A stretch of DNA of 64,000 bases. It comes from Mustelus asterias (lineage: Eukaryota). The notes beneath the pieces were generated by a model, which was not told the DNA's origin, did not search any database, and worked only from the letters and a program-made list of their open reading frames with translations. Positions 1 through 13,020 of this stretch are shown one piece after another. The stretch spans positions 992,001 to 1,056,000 of the forward strand of contig NC_135823.1 of the NCBI RefSeq assembly GCF_964213995.1, read 5' to 3'. Positions within the stretch are counted from its first letter, which is position 1; every line of letters starts with the position of its first letter. The position numbers and the translations under genes were made by a program.

Positions 1-331
1 TGCTCACGCGTCAACATTTCCACAGATAATTTGTACACTTCCTGTGAGTAACATGAGCTATAAAATCAGCAGAAAACTTTCAGGGAATCTCAGGAAAGTT
101 TCTCAGCATTGATCAATCTTTCTTCCACCGATGACGAACACAGTTGCAGTGGATTATCGCAAATTCAAAGTCCAATAATTTACCGTGAACATTGGAGCCA
201 AACGTTTGGTGAATGCGCGGGGAAAGTTTAGCTGTTTGAAGAGAGCCTCCTTGGCTCCATGTTTATTTCCTGCAGGCTGTGGGGTTTGGGGGAAATCCTC
301 CCTCCTTCATACAGCATCATTCGGATTCTAA

Positions 332-403
332 TTATCGACGCGCCTTCTTTTTCGATCTCTTATCCAAAGCGGCCAAATCCAGGGAGGCGTAGAGAGGTCC
401 ACT
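332..403 (-). pseudogene. Gene A terminal cytoplasmic exon with tyrosine motif
   Basis: tgtttcag|SGPLYASLDLAALDKRSKKKARR*; phase 0 matches the preceding exon; paralog at 49491-49565. Confidence 0.75.
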
Positions 404-2309
404 CTGAAACATTCGCAAATCATAGACTCATCACAGAGGACAATAAAATCCTGCAGTGCAGCAGGAGGCCATTGGGCCCATAAATATTTAAGATTATCCC
501 GAACATCAAATACGTGACATAAAATCAAAGAATGATACAGCTCAGAAGGAGACTTTTTGGTCCATTGAATCCGTGCTGGACCTTTTTTTATTCATTCGTG
601 AGACATGGACTTCGCTGGCTTTGCCCATTCCCAATAGTTCTTCAGAGGGCAGTTGAGAGTTAACCATATTGCTATGGCTCTGGAGTTACATGCACGCCAG
701 ATCAGGTACGAATGGCAGATTGCCTTCCCGAAGGAAGACAAGGTTAACTTGATGGGGTTTTCTGACAATGGTTTCATGGTCATTTGGAGGTTTATAATTT
801 CAGATTTTGTTTTACTGAATACAAATTTAACCACCTGCCGGAGCGGGATTGGATCACGGTCCCGAGGCCATTAGCATGAGCATCTGGATTAACAGTCTCG
901 TGATAAGATGATTAGGCCATCGCCTTTCACTTAGATCAAGCTTCACTTTAACTTTCCCCATAACGAGCAGCTATGTTCTTTCCAACAAATAGTTATCCCA
1001 TTCCCTTTTGAAACTGACGATTAAATCTGCTTCCACTGGCCTCTATCACAATTGCACATTTGGTGGTTTATTTTTCTTGAATGGAAGAGATAGACTGTAA
1101 CATAGCAAGACCAGAAAACATAAGAGCAGAAGTAGTCAATTTCGCCCAGCGAGTCTGCCCCGCAGAATGAGTTCATGACTGTTCTGATGTGACAATTTTC
1201 AACTCCACTTTCACACCTTTTTCCCATAACCCTTGATTCGCTTACTGATTCAGAATCTGTCTATCTCAGTCTTGAACATGCTTAGCGACCCATCCCCTAT
1301 AGGCTGAAATTGATTGAAAAAACGTCGTGACAGAGAAGCAGAATTTGGAATGCGACTTACACAGAAAACGCCAACATTTATGCAGAACACTGGTGTAATG
1401 TTTCTATCAATTTGATTACTGTTCAACAGCCAATCCGATTACAAAGTTTCCACAAGTGTAATGTTGAAGATTCCCTGACTAGCGTCTCAGCATTTATCCT
1501 GTCGGGCACCTTCTGATTCATACACCTTTCGGCCCATCAATTCTGCACCGACACAGTGTATTTTACCCAAACCTTCTCTCCCACTCTATCCCCGTAACCC
1601 CACACATTTACCATGGTTAATCGATCTAACCTACACATCGTGGGATACTAATGCTCCATGTAAACGACACCTGGGAGGAAATCGGAGCTCCCTTAGCGAA
1701 CTCACGCAGACACGGGGGAGAACATGCAAACTCCACACAGACAGCCACCCAAGGAATTTAACTCGGGTTCCTGGCGTTGTGAGGCAGCAGTGCGAACCAT
1801 TGTGCCATTGTGCAGCCTTTGATCCCTGTGTTTCGGCAAATCCTCAAAAGTAATCACAACCATCCACACACAATCAAAAATCTTGTAACCATTGAACCAC
1901 AGGACAGATACTGCATAGAAAGAGGCCATTCCCAGATCTTGTCTGTGCCGTCTAGAAAGTTCGCTGTCTATTCTAATCCCACTGCCCAGCACCCAATCTG
2001 TAGCGTTGTACATTACAGCATTTTACATAGATTCAGATGCCTTTTTTCGTAATTGAAATTTCCACCATCAAACCAAACAGTTAATTTCAAACACCGACCA
2101 CTGTGCATTACTTTATGTATTTCCTGAGCTGTCTCAAGCCCTAATCGTTGACTGTCTCCTGTTGAAATTGTATTCACCGAATTTCACGTAGTCAATGTGG
2201 CAGCGCCGTCCGAAACATCCCGCAAGGAAAAAAAATAATGACCCACTTAAATTGTTAAATTTTAGATGTTTGTTGAGGGAGCAAATTTAGACCAGCATAA
2301 GAGTGAGAA

Positions 2310-2915
2310 CACTGCAACACACGCACGCAGACAGAGTTATTCTCACTACCAACCACACAGACTCAGAAACTCTTACACATAAAAACGCAGAGGTGTACGC
2401 GCACACACACACACTCTTACAAACAGAGCCGCACACACAGACAAACAGACAAAGTCTCAAAGGAAGATAACGTAGTCACGCAAACGTTCGCTCGTGCATA
2501 TTCTCCCTCAAACACAGCCTCTCTCTTTCTCTCAGACTCTCTCCCTCAGGTATGCACACCCACCCACCCACACAGGCACATTCATAATCTTACACCAACA
2601 CAGAGAGGGATACACAGATAATCTCTGTCACACACACAAGCAAGCACCGACACATACAGAGAGTTGCACAGACAAAGAATCTCTCTCTGTCTCACACACA
2701 AATACACAATCTCACACCGACATACCAGAGATAAATGGAGAATCTCTCAAACACAACAGCTCACGCCGACACATAAAGAGAGATGCATAGACACAGAATA
2801 TTTTTCTCTCACACACCCACAAATACACTATTTCACACCGACACCTGACGAAAGATAGACAGAGAATCTCTCTCTCTCTCTCTCTCTCTTTCTCTCACAC
2901 ACACACACACACATA
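2310..2915. repeat. CA/CT-rich low-complexity tract (paralog 46825-47505)
   Basis: Degenerate (CA)n and (CT)n runs. Confidence 0.85.
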
Positions 2916-3839
2916 CTATATTGTTGTGTATTAGCAACACATAACATTTTTTGCTTGCTAGATTAAAAAAAACTATCATGGCTTTGGACATTGTACTTCC
3001 AGTAATTAATTCATTTCCAAGTTTGCGCAGATGGGAGGAAACAAGGGAGCTGACTGAGAAAGAACGAGATTAACCACGGAGATAAAGAAAGTGAAAAATA
3101 GCTGAAATCTGGCAATCTATAATAGAAGCTGCTGGAAATCCGCAGAAAAGTCTGACTGAGATTTTCTAACCGGAACATTAACTCAATCGATCAGTTGGAA
3201 GAGTCGCAGAGGTTTATATTCTGAGACCAGTGTTTGGACAAATACGATTTGATTCACATTTCGATGCCTCAGACAGTGAGCTGCTCTCTGATAGCCGCAT
3301 GAAATATCCAGTAGCACCTTATTCTAAAACCCAGCAATTTTCTGTACAGGAGTAAAATATTTGCAAAGCACTTACCTTAACTGCACCGTCTTGTGTTCCC
3401 ATTCCATATGTTAGGCGATAGTCGTCTGTGTAACAAACTGGAAGGTTGCAATATAAATCTAATCCTGTTCTGGCTTAGCTATAATTAATTTGAGACACAG
3501 TGTACAACTGATGCCCTGTTTCACCAATGGCCCGAATACATTTATTGGCCGGACGCCTCAATGGGTGTCAATCCAAAGGAGTCTCCCACGTATAGCAGTG
3601 TTGTCCTAATACATAAACGGTCGCTCAATACATCAATGTCAAGCAATACTTCAATGGATCCCAATCCGCCAATCGATGGACAAGGCATATCTACCCCGCC
3701 TGCCTTCTATTGCTCATCTGATATTTCAGTGCCAGAATTGATGATCAACAGCTATACTTTTACAGAGGACTTACGGGTGATTAATAAAGGAACAGTTTGT
3801 TGGCTGGAAGTACACTCAATTTCTTCAATTTTAGCACTG

Positions 3840-4560
3840 CTTGGCACTGCTGTCTCACAGCGCCAGGGAGCCGGGTTCAATTCCACACTTGGTTGACATT
3901 CTGTGTGGGATTTGCACTTCCTCCCTGTGTCTGCGAGGGTTTCCGCTGAGTGCTCCAGTTTCCTCTCACGGTCAAAATATGTGCATGTTAGGTGGATTGG
4001 CGAAGCTAAATTGCCCCTGATTGCTCAAATATTTGCAGGTCAGATGAATTGGCCATGCTGAATTCAACGTTACTGTCTAAAGATGCGCAGTTTAAGTGGA
4101 TTGGCCATGCTGGACTGCTCCTTCGTGTCCAAAGATGTGCGGGTTGGATGGATTGGCCATGCTAAATTGCACATTAGTATCCCAAAATAGGCAGTTTAGG
4201 TGGATTGACCAGGATGAATTGTCTCTTAGTCTCCGATGATGTGCAATTTAGTTGGCTTGGCCATGCTGAATTGTCCCTTATTGTCCAAAGGTGTGCAGGT
4301 TAAGTGGATTCGCCGAGCTATACTGGCTCTTAATGCTCAAACATTTGTAGGCAAGATGGATTGGCCATGCTGAATTGCTCCTTAGTGCCCACAGATGTGC
4401 AGGTTAAGTGGATAGGCTATTCCGAATTGCCCTTGTTGTCAAAAGTTGTGTCATTTGCCCCTTCGCGTCAGTGGCTACGGGGATAGGAGCTCGCTGGGAT
4501 TGTTGTCAGTGTAGGCAAGATGGGCCGACTGGCCTCCTTCTGCACTGTAAGTATTCTATT
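3840..4560 (+). mobile_element. HE1-type SINE with internal ~45-bp tandem expansion
   Basis: About ten diverged copies of GATGTGCAGGTTAGGTGGATTGGCCATGCTAAATTGCCCCTTAGTGTCCAAA; similar arrays at 27770-28345, 53230-53785 and 57870-58490 (all -). Confidence 0.85.
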
Positions 4561-5007
4561 ATATTTCTGTTCAATGATATTGAATCTGTGCCAATCTTTG
4601 AATGCAACTTACCCGTCTGTCCCTCTGTCCGTCCTCCGCTGTGTGCTGTCTCTCTCAAGCTAATACTGAATAAGGAAATTAAAAGTATTAAACAAGGGTT
4701 ACATTTGGCAAATCCTGGTCGGGAAGCCAGAAATAGTTGAAGGAAAGGAGACTCAATTTTAAAATTTGGAACATTACAACATAGAGCATTGGAAACAGTG
4801 GTGGACTTAAACTGGGGTTAACATAGTATTTAATACAGAGATGATATTTCAGATGAATTTTGAAAATGACTCAGTTATTCACCTTTCATTGCCGGCTCGC
4901 TTAGTCCATTCTCCTGAAACAATACACAATGATCAGCAATATAAAACTATGAGGAGAATCGCATTGGATGAACAACAATTATATCACTCCGAAACATTAT
5001 TCCTCAC

Positions 5008-5109
5008 CTGATCTTCCGCTCTTCCAAATCCAGATGGAAAGAAGGATCCAGGGGAGAATCGGGATCACCGGGATAATTACGACAATGTAATGTTCCAGAA
5101 TGCACCATC
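5008..5109 (-). pseudogene. Gene A transmembrane exon
   Basis: GWCILEHYIVVIIPVIPILPWILLSIWIWKSGRS, phase 1-1, 102 bp, same length as gene B 27206-27307. Confidence 0.75.
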
Positions 5110-5194
5110 CTTAAGAGGGCAAAAATTCGGAACTGCTGCTGGTTCAAATCTTTCTTTCTGGGCCTGTAAGATGGAAAACTGAACACAGACACAG

Positions 5195-5748
5195 TAAGAA
5201 CTGCCCCTTGACATTCAATGCTGTTACCATCACTGAATCCGCCCCCCTCCCACCCTCCCCCACACTTAAACACAATGGCTAGAAGAGCATGTTTGAGGCT
5301 GGGAATCCTGCAAAGGGCAACTCACCACCTAACTCCCCAAAGCCTGTCCACCACCTTGAAAGCACAAGTCAGAAGAGCGATGGATTAATTCCCACTTGCC
5401 TTATTGGGTGCAGCTTCAACAACACTCAAGAGGCTTGACACCATCCAGGACAAAGGAGCCTGCTGGATTGGCACGACATCCACTCCCTCCACCACTCGAC
5501 ATTCAGAAGCAGCAGTGTACCGTCCACAATATGTACTGCATCAATTCACCAAAGATCCTGAGACAGAATCTTCCAAACCTATGACCATTTCCATCGAGAA
5601 GGACAAGGACAGGAGATATCTGGGAACACCGCCAACACCTACAATTCCCCTACAGGCCACTCACTATCCTGACTTGGAAACATAGCGCCGTTCCATCGCA
5701 GTCGCTCAGTCAAGATTCTGGAATTTCCTCGCTTCGCGCTCTGCGGGT
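5195..5748 (+). mobile_element. Older CR1/L2-group LINE 3' fragment (continues 8746-8870)
   Basis: TTLKRLDTIQDKGA RT C-terminal motif; uninterrupted paralog at 26410-27120 (-); same family at 50235-50768 (+). Confidence 0.8.
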
Positions 5749-8745
5749 CATAAGAATATATGAACTTGGAGCAAGAGTAGGCCATCTGTCCCCTCGAGCC
5801 TGCTACGCCATTCAATAAGATCATGGCTGATCTTTTTTGTGGACTCAGCTCCACATACCCGCCGGCTCAGCATAACCCTTAATTCCTGTTCTGTTCAAAA
5901 ATTGATCTATCCTTGCCTTAAATACATTTAATGAGGTAGCCTCAACTGCTTCACTGGGCAGAAATTCCATAGATTTACAATCCTTTATGCGAGGAAGTTC
6001 CTCCTCAACTCAGTCCTAAATCTGCTTCCCCTTATTTTGAGGGTATGCCCCCCAGATCTAGTTTCACCCGCCAGTGGAAACAACTTCCCTGCTTCTATCT
6101 TACCTGTTCCCTTCATAATATTATATGATCCTGTAAGATCTCCCCTCATTCTTCTGAATTCCAATGAGTATAGCCCCAGTCTACTCAGTCTCTCCTCATA
6201 AGCCAACCCTCTCAACTCCGCAATCAACTTAGTGAATCTCCTCTGCGCCCCCTCCAGTGCCAGTATATCCTTTCTCAAGTAAGGAGACCAAACCTGTACA
6301 CAGTACTGCAGCTGTGGCCTCACCAGCACTTTATACAGTTGCAACATAATCTCGCTGTTTTTAAACTCCATCCCTCTCGCAATGAAAGACAAAATTCCAT
6401 TTGCCTTCTTAATTACCTGCTGCACCTGCAAACCAACTCCTTGAGATTCCTGCACAAGGACACCCAGGTCTCTCTGCACAGCAGAATGCTGTAATTTTTT
6501 TCCATTTAAATAACAGTCCATTTTGCTGTTATTCCTACCAAAATGGATGACCTCACATTTTCCAACATTGTACTCCATCTGCCAGACCCTCGCCCATTCA
6601 CATAGATTATCTATTTCCCTTTGCAGACTTTCAGCGTCCTCTGCACACTTTGCTCTTCCACACATCTTAGTGTCATCTGTGAATTTTGACACACTACACT
6701 TGATCCCCAACTCAAAATTATTTATGTCAATCGTAAACAATTGCGGTCTCAACACTGATCCCTGAGGCAAACCACTAGTCACTGATCGCCAACCAGCAAA
6801 ACACCCATTTACCCCCACTCTTTGCTTTCTGTTCGGTAACCAATCCTCTATCCATGCTAATACATTACCCGTTACACGTTTATCTTATGTAGCAATCTTT
6901 GGTGCTGCACCTTGTCAAATGCTTTCTGGAAATCCAGATACACCACATCCACAGGTTCCCCATTGTCCACTGCACATTTTGTGTTCTCAAAGAATTCCAC
7001 CAAATTTTTCAAACCTGACCTGCTCTTCATGAACCCATGCTGCGTTTTACCAATAGGACAATTTATATCCAGATGTCTCACTATTTCTTCCTTGATGATA
7101 GATTCCAGCATTGTTCCTACTCGAGAAGTTAAGCCAACCGGCCTCTGGTTACGTGCCTTTTGTTTACCTCCTTTTGTACATAGTGGTGTCACATTTGCTG
7201 GTTTACAATCTGTGGGAATCACCCCAGAGTCCAGCGAATTTTGGTAAATTACCACGAGTGCATTTGCTATTTCTCCCGCCATCTCTTTTAGTACCCCGGG
7301 ATGCGTTCCATCAGGACCAGGAGATTGTCTACCGTTGGCCCCATTAACTTGCCCAACACTACCCCTTTCGTGATAATGATAGCTTTTCAGTCCTCACCTA
7401 CCGTAGCCTTCCTGTTATCAATTTTTGGCATGTTATTTGTGTCTTCCACTGTGAAGACCGACACAAAATACCTGTTCAGTGCCTCAGCCATTATTTCATT
7501 TACAGTTATTACATCCCCATTCTCACCCTCTAAAGGACCAAATACTTACTTTCGCCACTCTTTTTCGTTTTATATATTTGCAGAAAGTTTTGCTATCTGT
7601 TTTTATATTGTGACCTAGTTTACTCATAATCCATCTTGCCTTTCTTGATAGCTTTTTTGTGGCTTCCTGCTGACCTTTAAAGATTTCCTAATCCTCTAGG
7701 TTCCCACTAATCTTTGCCAATTTGTATGCAGTTTGTTTCAATTTGATACCCTCGTTTATTTCCTCAGATATCCATGGCTGATTATCTCTTTTTCTACAGT
7801 CCTTCCTTATCACTGGTGTACACTTTTGCTGAGCACTGTGAAAGATCGCTTTGAAAGTCCTCCACTCCACTGTTTCACATTAAGTTTCAGCTCCCAGTCT
7901 ACCTTAGCCAACTCCTCCCTCATCCCTTTATAGCCTCCTTTTTTTAAATACAAGACACTGGTGTTAGATTCTCCTTTCTCTCACTCCATCTGTATTTTAA
8001 ATTCAACCATACTGTGATCGCTTCTTCCAAGCGGATCCCTAACTGCAAGACCATTAAATATTCCCGTCTCATTACGCAGGACCAGGTCTCGGATAGCTTG
8101 CTCGCTTGTCGGTTCCATTACATACTGTTCAAGGAAGCGATCGCGGATACATTCTATGAACTCCTCCTCAAGGCTGCCTTGGCCGACCTGGTTTGATCAA
8201 TTGATATGAAGATTAAAATCCTCCATGATAATTGCTGTACAATTTTTACATGCTTCAGTTATTTCTTTGTTTATTTCTCACCCCACCATGATGTCATTAT
8301 TTGGTGTCCTATAAACTACGCCTATCAGTGACTTTCTCCTCACTATTTCTAATTTCCACCCAAATTGATTCAACCTTTTTCCCATCGGACCTAAATAATC
8401 TCTCACTACCGCCCTGATATCATCCTTAAATATCAGAGCTGTATAACCTCCCTTCCCTTCCAGTTGGTCCCCCCGAACAGTTTGATACCCCTGGATATTC
8501 AACTCCCAGTCATGACCATCCCGCGAACATGTCTCTGTAATGGCCAACAAATCATACTCGTTCGTAATGATTTATGCTGTCAACTCATTTACCTTGTTTC
8601 GAATGCTACGAGCATTCAGGTAAAGTGCCCTTATGCTAGTTTCTGTGCCTTCTTTTTGAATTCTAACACTTCCATTCATAACATCTCCTGAATTCCCCTT
8701 CCTTTTAATTTTTTCCCTGATTTTTGATGTAGTTGGAACCTTCTC
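5749..8745 (-). mobile_element. 5'-truncated CR1 LINE (ORF2 endonuclease + RT, decayed)
   Basis: ORFs 5985-6818, 6872-7282 and 8278-8550 are CR1 ORF2 pieces; it splits an older LINE fragment. Confidence 0.95.
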
Positions 8746-10092
8746 CCCACAGCACAGGGATTGCAGCGCTTTATGAATGCAGCTCACCATCATCTTCTCA
8801 AAAACAACATATGGGCAATAAATGCTGGCCAAGCCAGCGGCCTTCATGTCCCACGAATGAATTTAGAAAACGGTTAAAAAGTGGCAAAATTAAAATAACC
8901 AAACCATGGATTCGTTAGCATCCCACGAATGTACAGGATGGAATGGATGACATTATGTTTGCGAGTAGGGATCCATAATCTGACAGGCCTGTCAGGATAG
9001 GTTCACATTCAGAATGTATGATAAAGGCATCACGCTTACTTGAGAACTGCATCCTATAATTATACAGGCCCACAGTATCCGTGCGCTGTCTTTGAAAGAT
9101 CGATTGAAATCGTTCTATTCTACCTAATTTTCTCTCACAACCCTGAAAATTTCTCACCACCGAGTCATCATGCAATTCCAGTTGTGAAATGTATTGTGAT
9201 ACATGCTTCCATTAGCCTTTGAGCGCTGGTCCAGATCACAAGGTCGAACCGCGTACAGTAATCTATAAATCCAAATTATGTGAAGCTTTCGCTTCTGAGA
9301 TTGGATTACAGGTATTGGTAATTAAAAATTAAACAGGCACCACACGGAACAAGGCGTTGTGAAGTGAGATTGTGGGAAATTGAGTTACTGCCTCAGAAAA
9401 AATAATCAAATCTTGTTTGTTTTCTGAACGCAAAGCACATCCACGGTAGGACTCACCCCCAACTCAATTCCAAAATCCATTCCCTGAAAAGGGCAGTGCA
9501 AGCAGTTTCAATTGTAACTTTCAACAGGGAAAACAGAGAAGTTTCAGTTGATTGAGTGGTGTCACAAGTAGGCTTACATTAACACGGCAATGAGTCAGTG
9601 TGAAAATCCCCTCATCGCCACACTCCAGCGCCTGTTCAGGTACACGGAAGGAGAATTTGGCACAGCAAATGCACCGAGACAGCACGTCTTAAGGCCAGTT
9701 GCCCGAAACTGGAGCACCGGGATGGAACGCACGCAGGCGCTGGGAAAACGTGCAGACACTGCACAGGCAGTGACCCAAGCCTGAAATGAATTACGGTACA
9801 TGGTGCTGTGAGGCAGCAGTGCTATCCTGTGTGCCACCATGCCGCCCATATTGTGACTGGACGGGCAAATGTTTCAAGTTTTAAGTTTATTTATTCGTGT
9901 GACAAGAAGACTTACATTAACACTGCAATTAAGTTGCTGTGAAATTCCCTAGATCTAGTATAGTGGCAACGTAGTTGCAATGGGAGATTTCTGCCAGGTA
10001 ATGCACAATTTTCAGTTTCTCAGTATCTGGTGCATTGCCCCAACTGATTCGGAGGTGAATTCAAATCATCATTGTGGAAATTAACAACTCAC

Positions 10093-10412
10093 CTGTCCCC
10101 GTCTCTGGTGCGTTGGGGAACGACATACCCTTTGTCCAATATTTCCCTGGAATTCCCAGTTGAACAATGCAATACAGACATCGCCTCATCTCCAAATGTC
10201 GCCCGACACCATGGCATGAGTTCTGATGCTGTCCTCCTCCATTGTGCCGGGATCACTCGATCCCTCAGTGACGAGGCCGAAAGTATTCCAGAAAATAGCA
10301 ATCCGGTTGGAAGAAACTCCACTGAGCAAACACACTAACGATACGGTATCATTCAAACACAACTCACCCGGTGGGACAAATAGCAGCACAGTCGTATTGT
10401 TGGTGGTACTGT
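10093..10412 (-). pseudogene. Gene A C1-set Ig constant exon (disrupted)
   Basis: DSTTNNTTVLLFVPP...VSLVCLLSGVSSNRIAIFWN...IWR*G.VC; AG/GT boundaries; 88-bp V-C intron. Confidence 0.85.
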
Positions 10413-10500
10413 CTGGAAAGATTGGGACGCAGTTAACGATTAATTTACACCAAAGAGCAACGCCGTGCAAAATCTGAATTAATTGCACTTGCTCTCTTAC

Positions 10501-11388
10501 CTCCAACCAGGAGTGGGCGTCTGTTCCGGAACGGTGCAGTCCCAGAAATATGGAAACAGTCGTCGGAACCCGAGTCATTTGTTTGGACATTCGAATTTTG
10601 AGAATTAATATATTTGCCTTGTTGCTTTTTTCAGGAATAAATTTGCATCGGTCCCAATACAAACAAAGAACAAAGAACAATACAGCACAGGAACAGGCCC
10701 TTCGGCCCTCCAAAGCCCGCGCCGCTCCCCGGTCCAGGATTGAATCCTGAATCCAGGATCCCCGCCCAATTTTCCAGCCTATCTACATACCAATATCCTA
10801 TCCACCGAGCTGTCCCTCACAGCTACGATGCTTTGTTCATTACAACCTATTAACTTACCCCCACCCCCCCATTCCAGACCATGTGATCTCCAGGGAGAGG
10901 CGAAAACCCAGAGTGAAAAACCCCAGGGCCAATATGGGGAAAAAAAAATCTGGGAAATTCCTCTCCGACCCCCTGAGGCGATCGAAACGAGTCCAGGAGA
11001 TCACAATGGCCCCGATCGGAAAATGCTTCCCAACCCTAGTCATTTCCACTTCCACGAACACCATATGAATTCCCTGCCCCCGAGACAGGTTCCCAACTAT
11101 CCGCAGTCTCACTCTGTACTGGCACCAGCAAGATGATCGTAGAATGAAGCCTTGAAACGAGAAACCAGGAACAATTAGCCCGCGCCGCTCCCTGGTCCAA
11201 ACTAGACCACTCTTTTGTATCCCTCCATTCCCACTCGTATCGGGGCTTCACCAAACGCTATTTGTACCAACCACAGTAAGACACGAAATTCACTTCAGAA
11301 GTCTTATAATTGGACATTTCCAACGTCTGGCCCACTTGCGCTGTCATTGTGAAAGGGATTTGAGGCAGAGAGGACTCGGATTCTGTAA
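10501..11388 (-). pseudogene. Gene A VJ-type V exon (disrupted)
   Basis: FTESESSLPQIPFTMTAQVGQTLEMS(N for C)...WYK* then insertion 11236-10662, then ...ILKI/NVQTNDSGSDDC...FRNRRPLLVG|gtaag. V-set Q-x-P, WYK and DSG motifs plus a J-like C-terminus. Confidence 0.8.
10662..11236 (-). mobile_element. CR1 3'-UTR-type insertion in the gene A V exon
   Basis: CR1 terminal motif GGGCCGAAGGGCCTGTT and (GTTCTTT)n tail; V coding sequence on both sides. Confidence 0.85.
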
Positions 11389-12381
11389 CTAGAGAGATTA
11401 TTGTTACATTCGCACTGATTTTGAAATATCTGAAGCGGTCTCTTAAATAAAAACCTCGCCTGTATTTAACGCTAATAGTTCATTGATTATTGCCACAAGG
11501 AGGCTTACTTACACTGCAAGGAAGTTAAGGTGAAAATCCCCTCGTCGCCACACTCTGACACTTGTTCGGGTACGCAGAGGGAGAATGTAGCCTGGCCAAT
11601 GCACCAAACCAGCACGTCTTTCTGACTGTCGGAGGCAACCGGAACACCCACAGTAAACCCACGCACACAATGGGAGAATGTGTGGACTCCGGACAGACAG
11701 TGACCCAAGCCGGAAATTGAAAATGTGTCCCTGGCGCTGTGAGGCAGCAGCGCAAACCGCTATGCCACCGTGCCGCTTAATCTCATCATTCTTTGTTATC
11801 ATTGTTGGTTAGGTTTATTCTTCAGTTTATATTTTCTTCGCTTTGAGGTTGGAACCAGTAAATGAATGATTTGAGCAGGTCAAATTCGTTGACCTGACCA
11901 CTGGCTCGCGTTTTCAGCTTAGAAAACTCTCCGTCTGGTTTATAAAAATGTTTCCTCTTAAAATCCCCTCCCGCCCCTTACTCACAGTGAAACAGCAGTA
12001 CTTGGAAAATGAGTATCACAGCTGAGGACCCTTTCGCCATCTTGATAGAGATTTCCTTGTATTCTGCCTGTTTGGGTTCCTTCTGCAGGCACAATGGCAG
12101 GAGACTATCTTGGTCTGAATCGCATTTAGTTGGGCCTTTTCAGATTCGGTGGAAACTATGACGAGCTCTGCTGCGGAAATTGTGACACCATTATGGTGAA
12201 GTGTTCGGTTGATTACAATAGTCAGTTGACATACCTGACCGTTTGTGACCCAACTGGCAGTATACATATCAACAACTTTTCTGGAAAATAGGTCACAGTG
12301 CTACTGGACGGATCAATGCTGAATCCTCTGGATAAAATCCAATTCGATATATATATATATATATATATATAAATACATAGA

Positions 12382-13020
12382 TGATTTGAGGCAGGAGTGC
12401 TGGTGAGAGATTGATTGAATTACTTAATTATTTAATTAGTCAGTTAGTGTGTGTTTTGTTTTGGCCTTTACTTTTGTAGTAGTATTTTTCTGAAGTTTTA
12501 AGTGTAAACCGGAAGTGGGCTGCTAAGGAGTCTGGGAAGGGTTTGTTTTGAACTTTAAAAGTCAGTTACCTGGGAGGATCACCCTCATTGTTCCATTGGA
12601 GCAAGCAGAGAGGGAGTGATTTGAAGCAGGAGTGCTGGTGAGAGATTGATTGAATTATTTAATTATTTAATTAGTCAGTTAGCGTGTGCTTTTTTTTTGG
12701 CCTTTACATTTGTCGGAGTGTTTTTCTTAAGTTTAACGTGAAAACCGGAAGTGGGCTGCTAAAGAGTCTGGGAAGGGTTTTTGTTTTACTTTAAAAGTCA
12801 GTTACCTGGGAGGATCACCCGCATTGTTTCACTGGAGCAAGCTGAGAGGGAGTGATTTGAGACGGGAATGCTGGTGAGAGATTGATTGAATTATTTAATT
12901 ATTTAATTAGTCAGTTAGTGTGTGGTTTTTTTTGGCCGTTACTTTTGTACTATTATTTTTCTTAAGTTTAAAAGTGAATACCGGAAGTGGGCTGCTAAGG
13001 AGTCTGGGAAGGGTTTTTTA
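12382..13020 (+). repeat. About 235-bp tandem monomers (2.7 copies) in the CR1 5' UTR
   Basis: Units start at 12382, 12617 and 12853; each has ACCGGAAGTG. Confidence 0.9.

Larger units (their letters stand above)
332..12040 (-). pseudogene. Gene A: germline VJ-C1 Ig-superfamily transmembrane receptor pseudogene (7 exons)
   Basis: Manually spliced exons with consistent phases: leader 12040-11986 (MAKGSSAVILIFQVLLFH), VJ 11388-10501 (interrupted), C1 10412-10093, TM 5109-5008, cyt1 4913-4883, cyt2 3427-3376 (acceptor degenerate), terminal 403-332 (SGPLYASLDLAALDKRSKKKARR*). Stops, frameshifts and a retroelement insertion in V and C1. Every exon has a counterpart in gene B, with identical lengths for leader, TM, cyt1 and cyt2. 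Confidence 0.85.
1..12330 (-). repeat. Left arm of an old inverted segmental duplication (partner about 23580-49870)
   Basis: Exons, introns, 3' flank, CA-rich tract and several SINE/LINE insertions align in inverted order (e.g. 1-440 vs 49450-49870; 3440-3810 vs 28380-28760; 8900-9560 vs 25690-26360). Confidence 0.9.

Noticed and set aside
3183-3287. Alternative terminal exon for gene A containing SEYKPL (ITIM-like)
   Set aside because: Weak acceptor, and the motif is not kept in gene B (SEN*PL). The exon at 403-332 / 49491-49565 is conserved and in phase.
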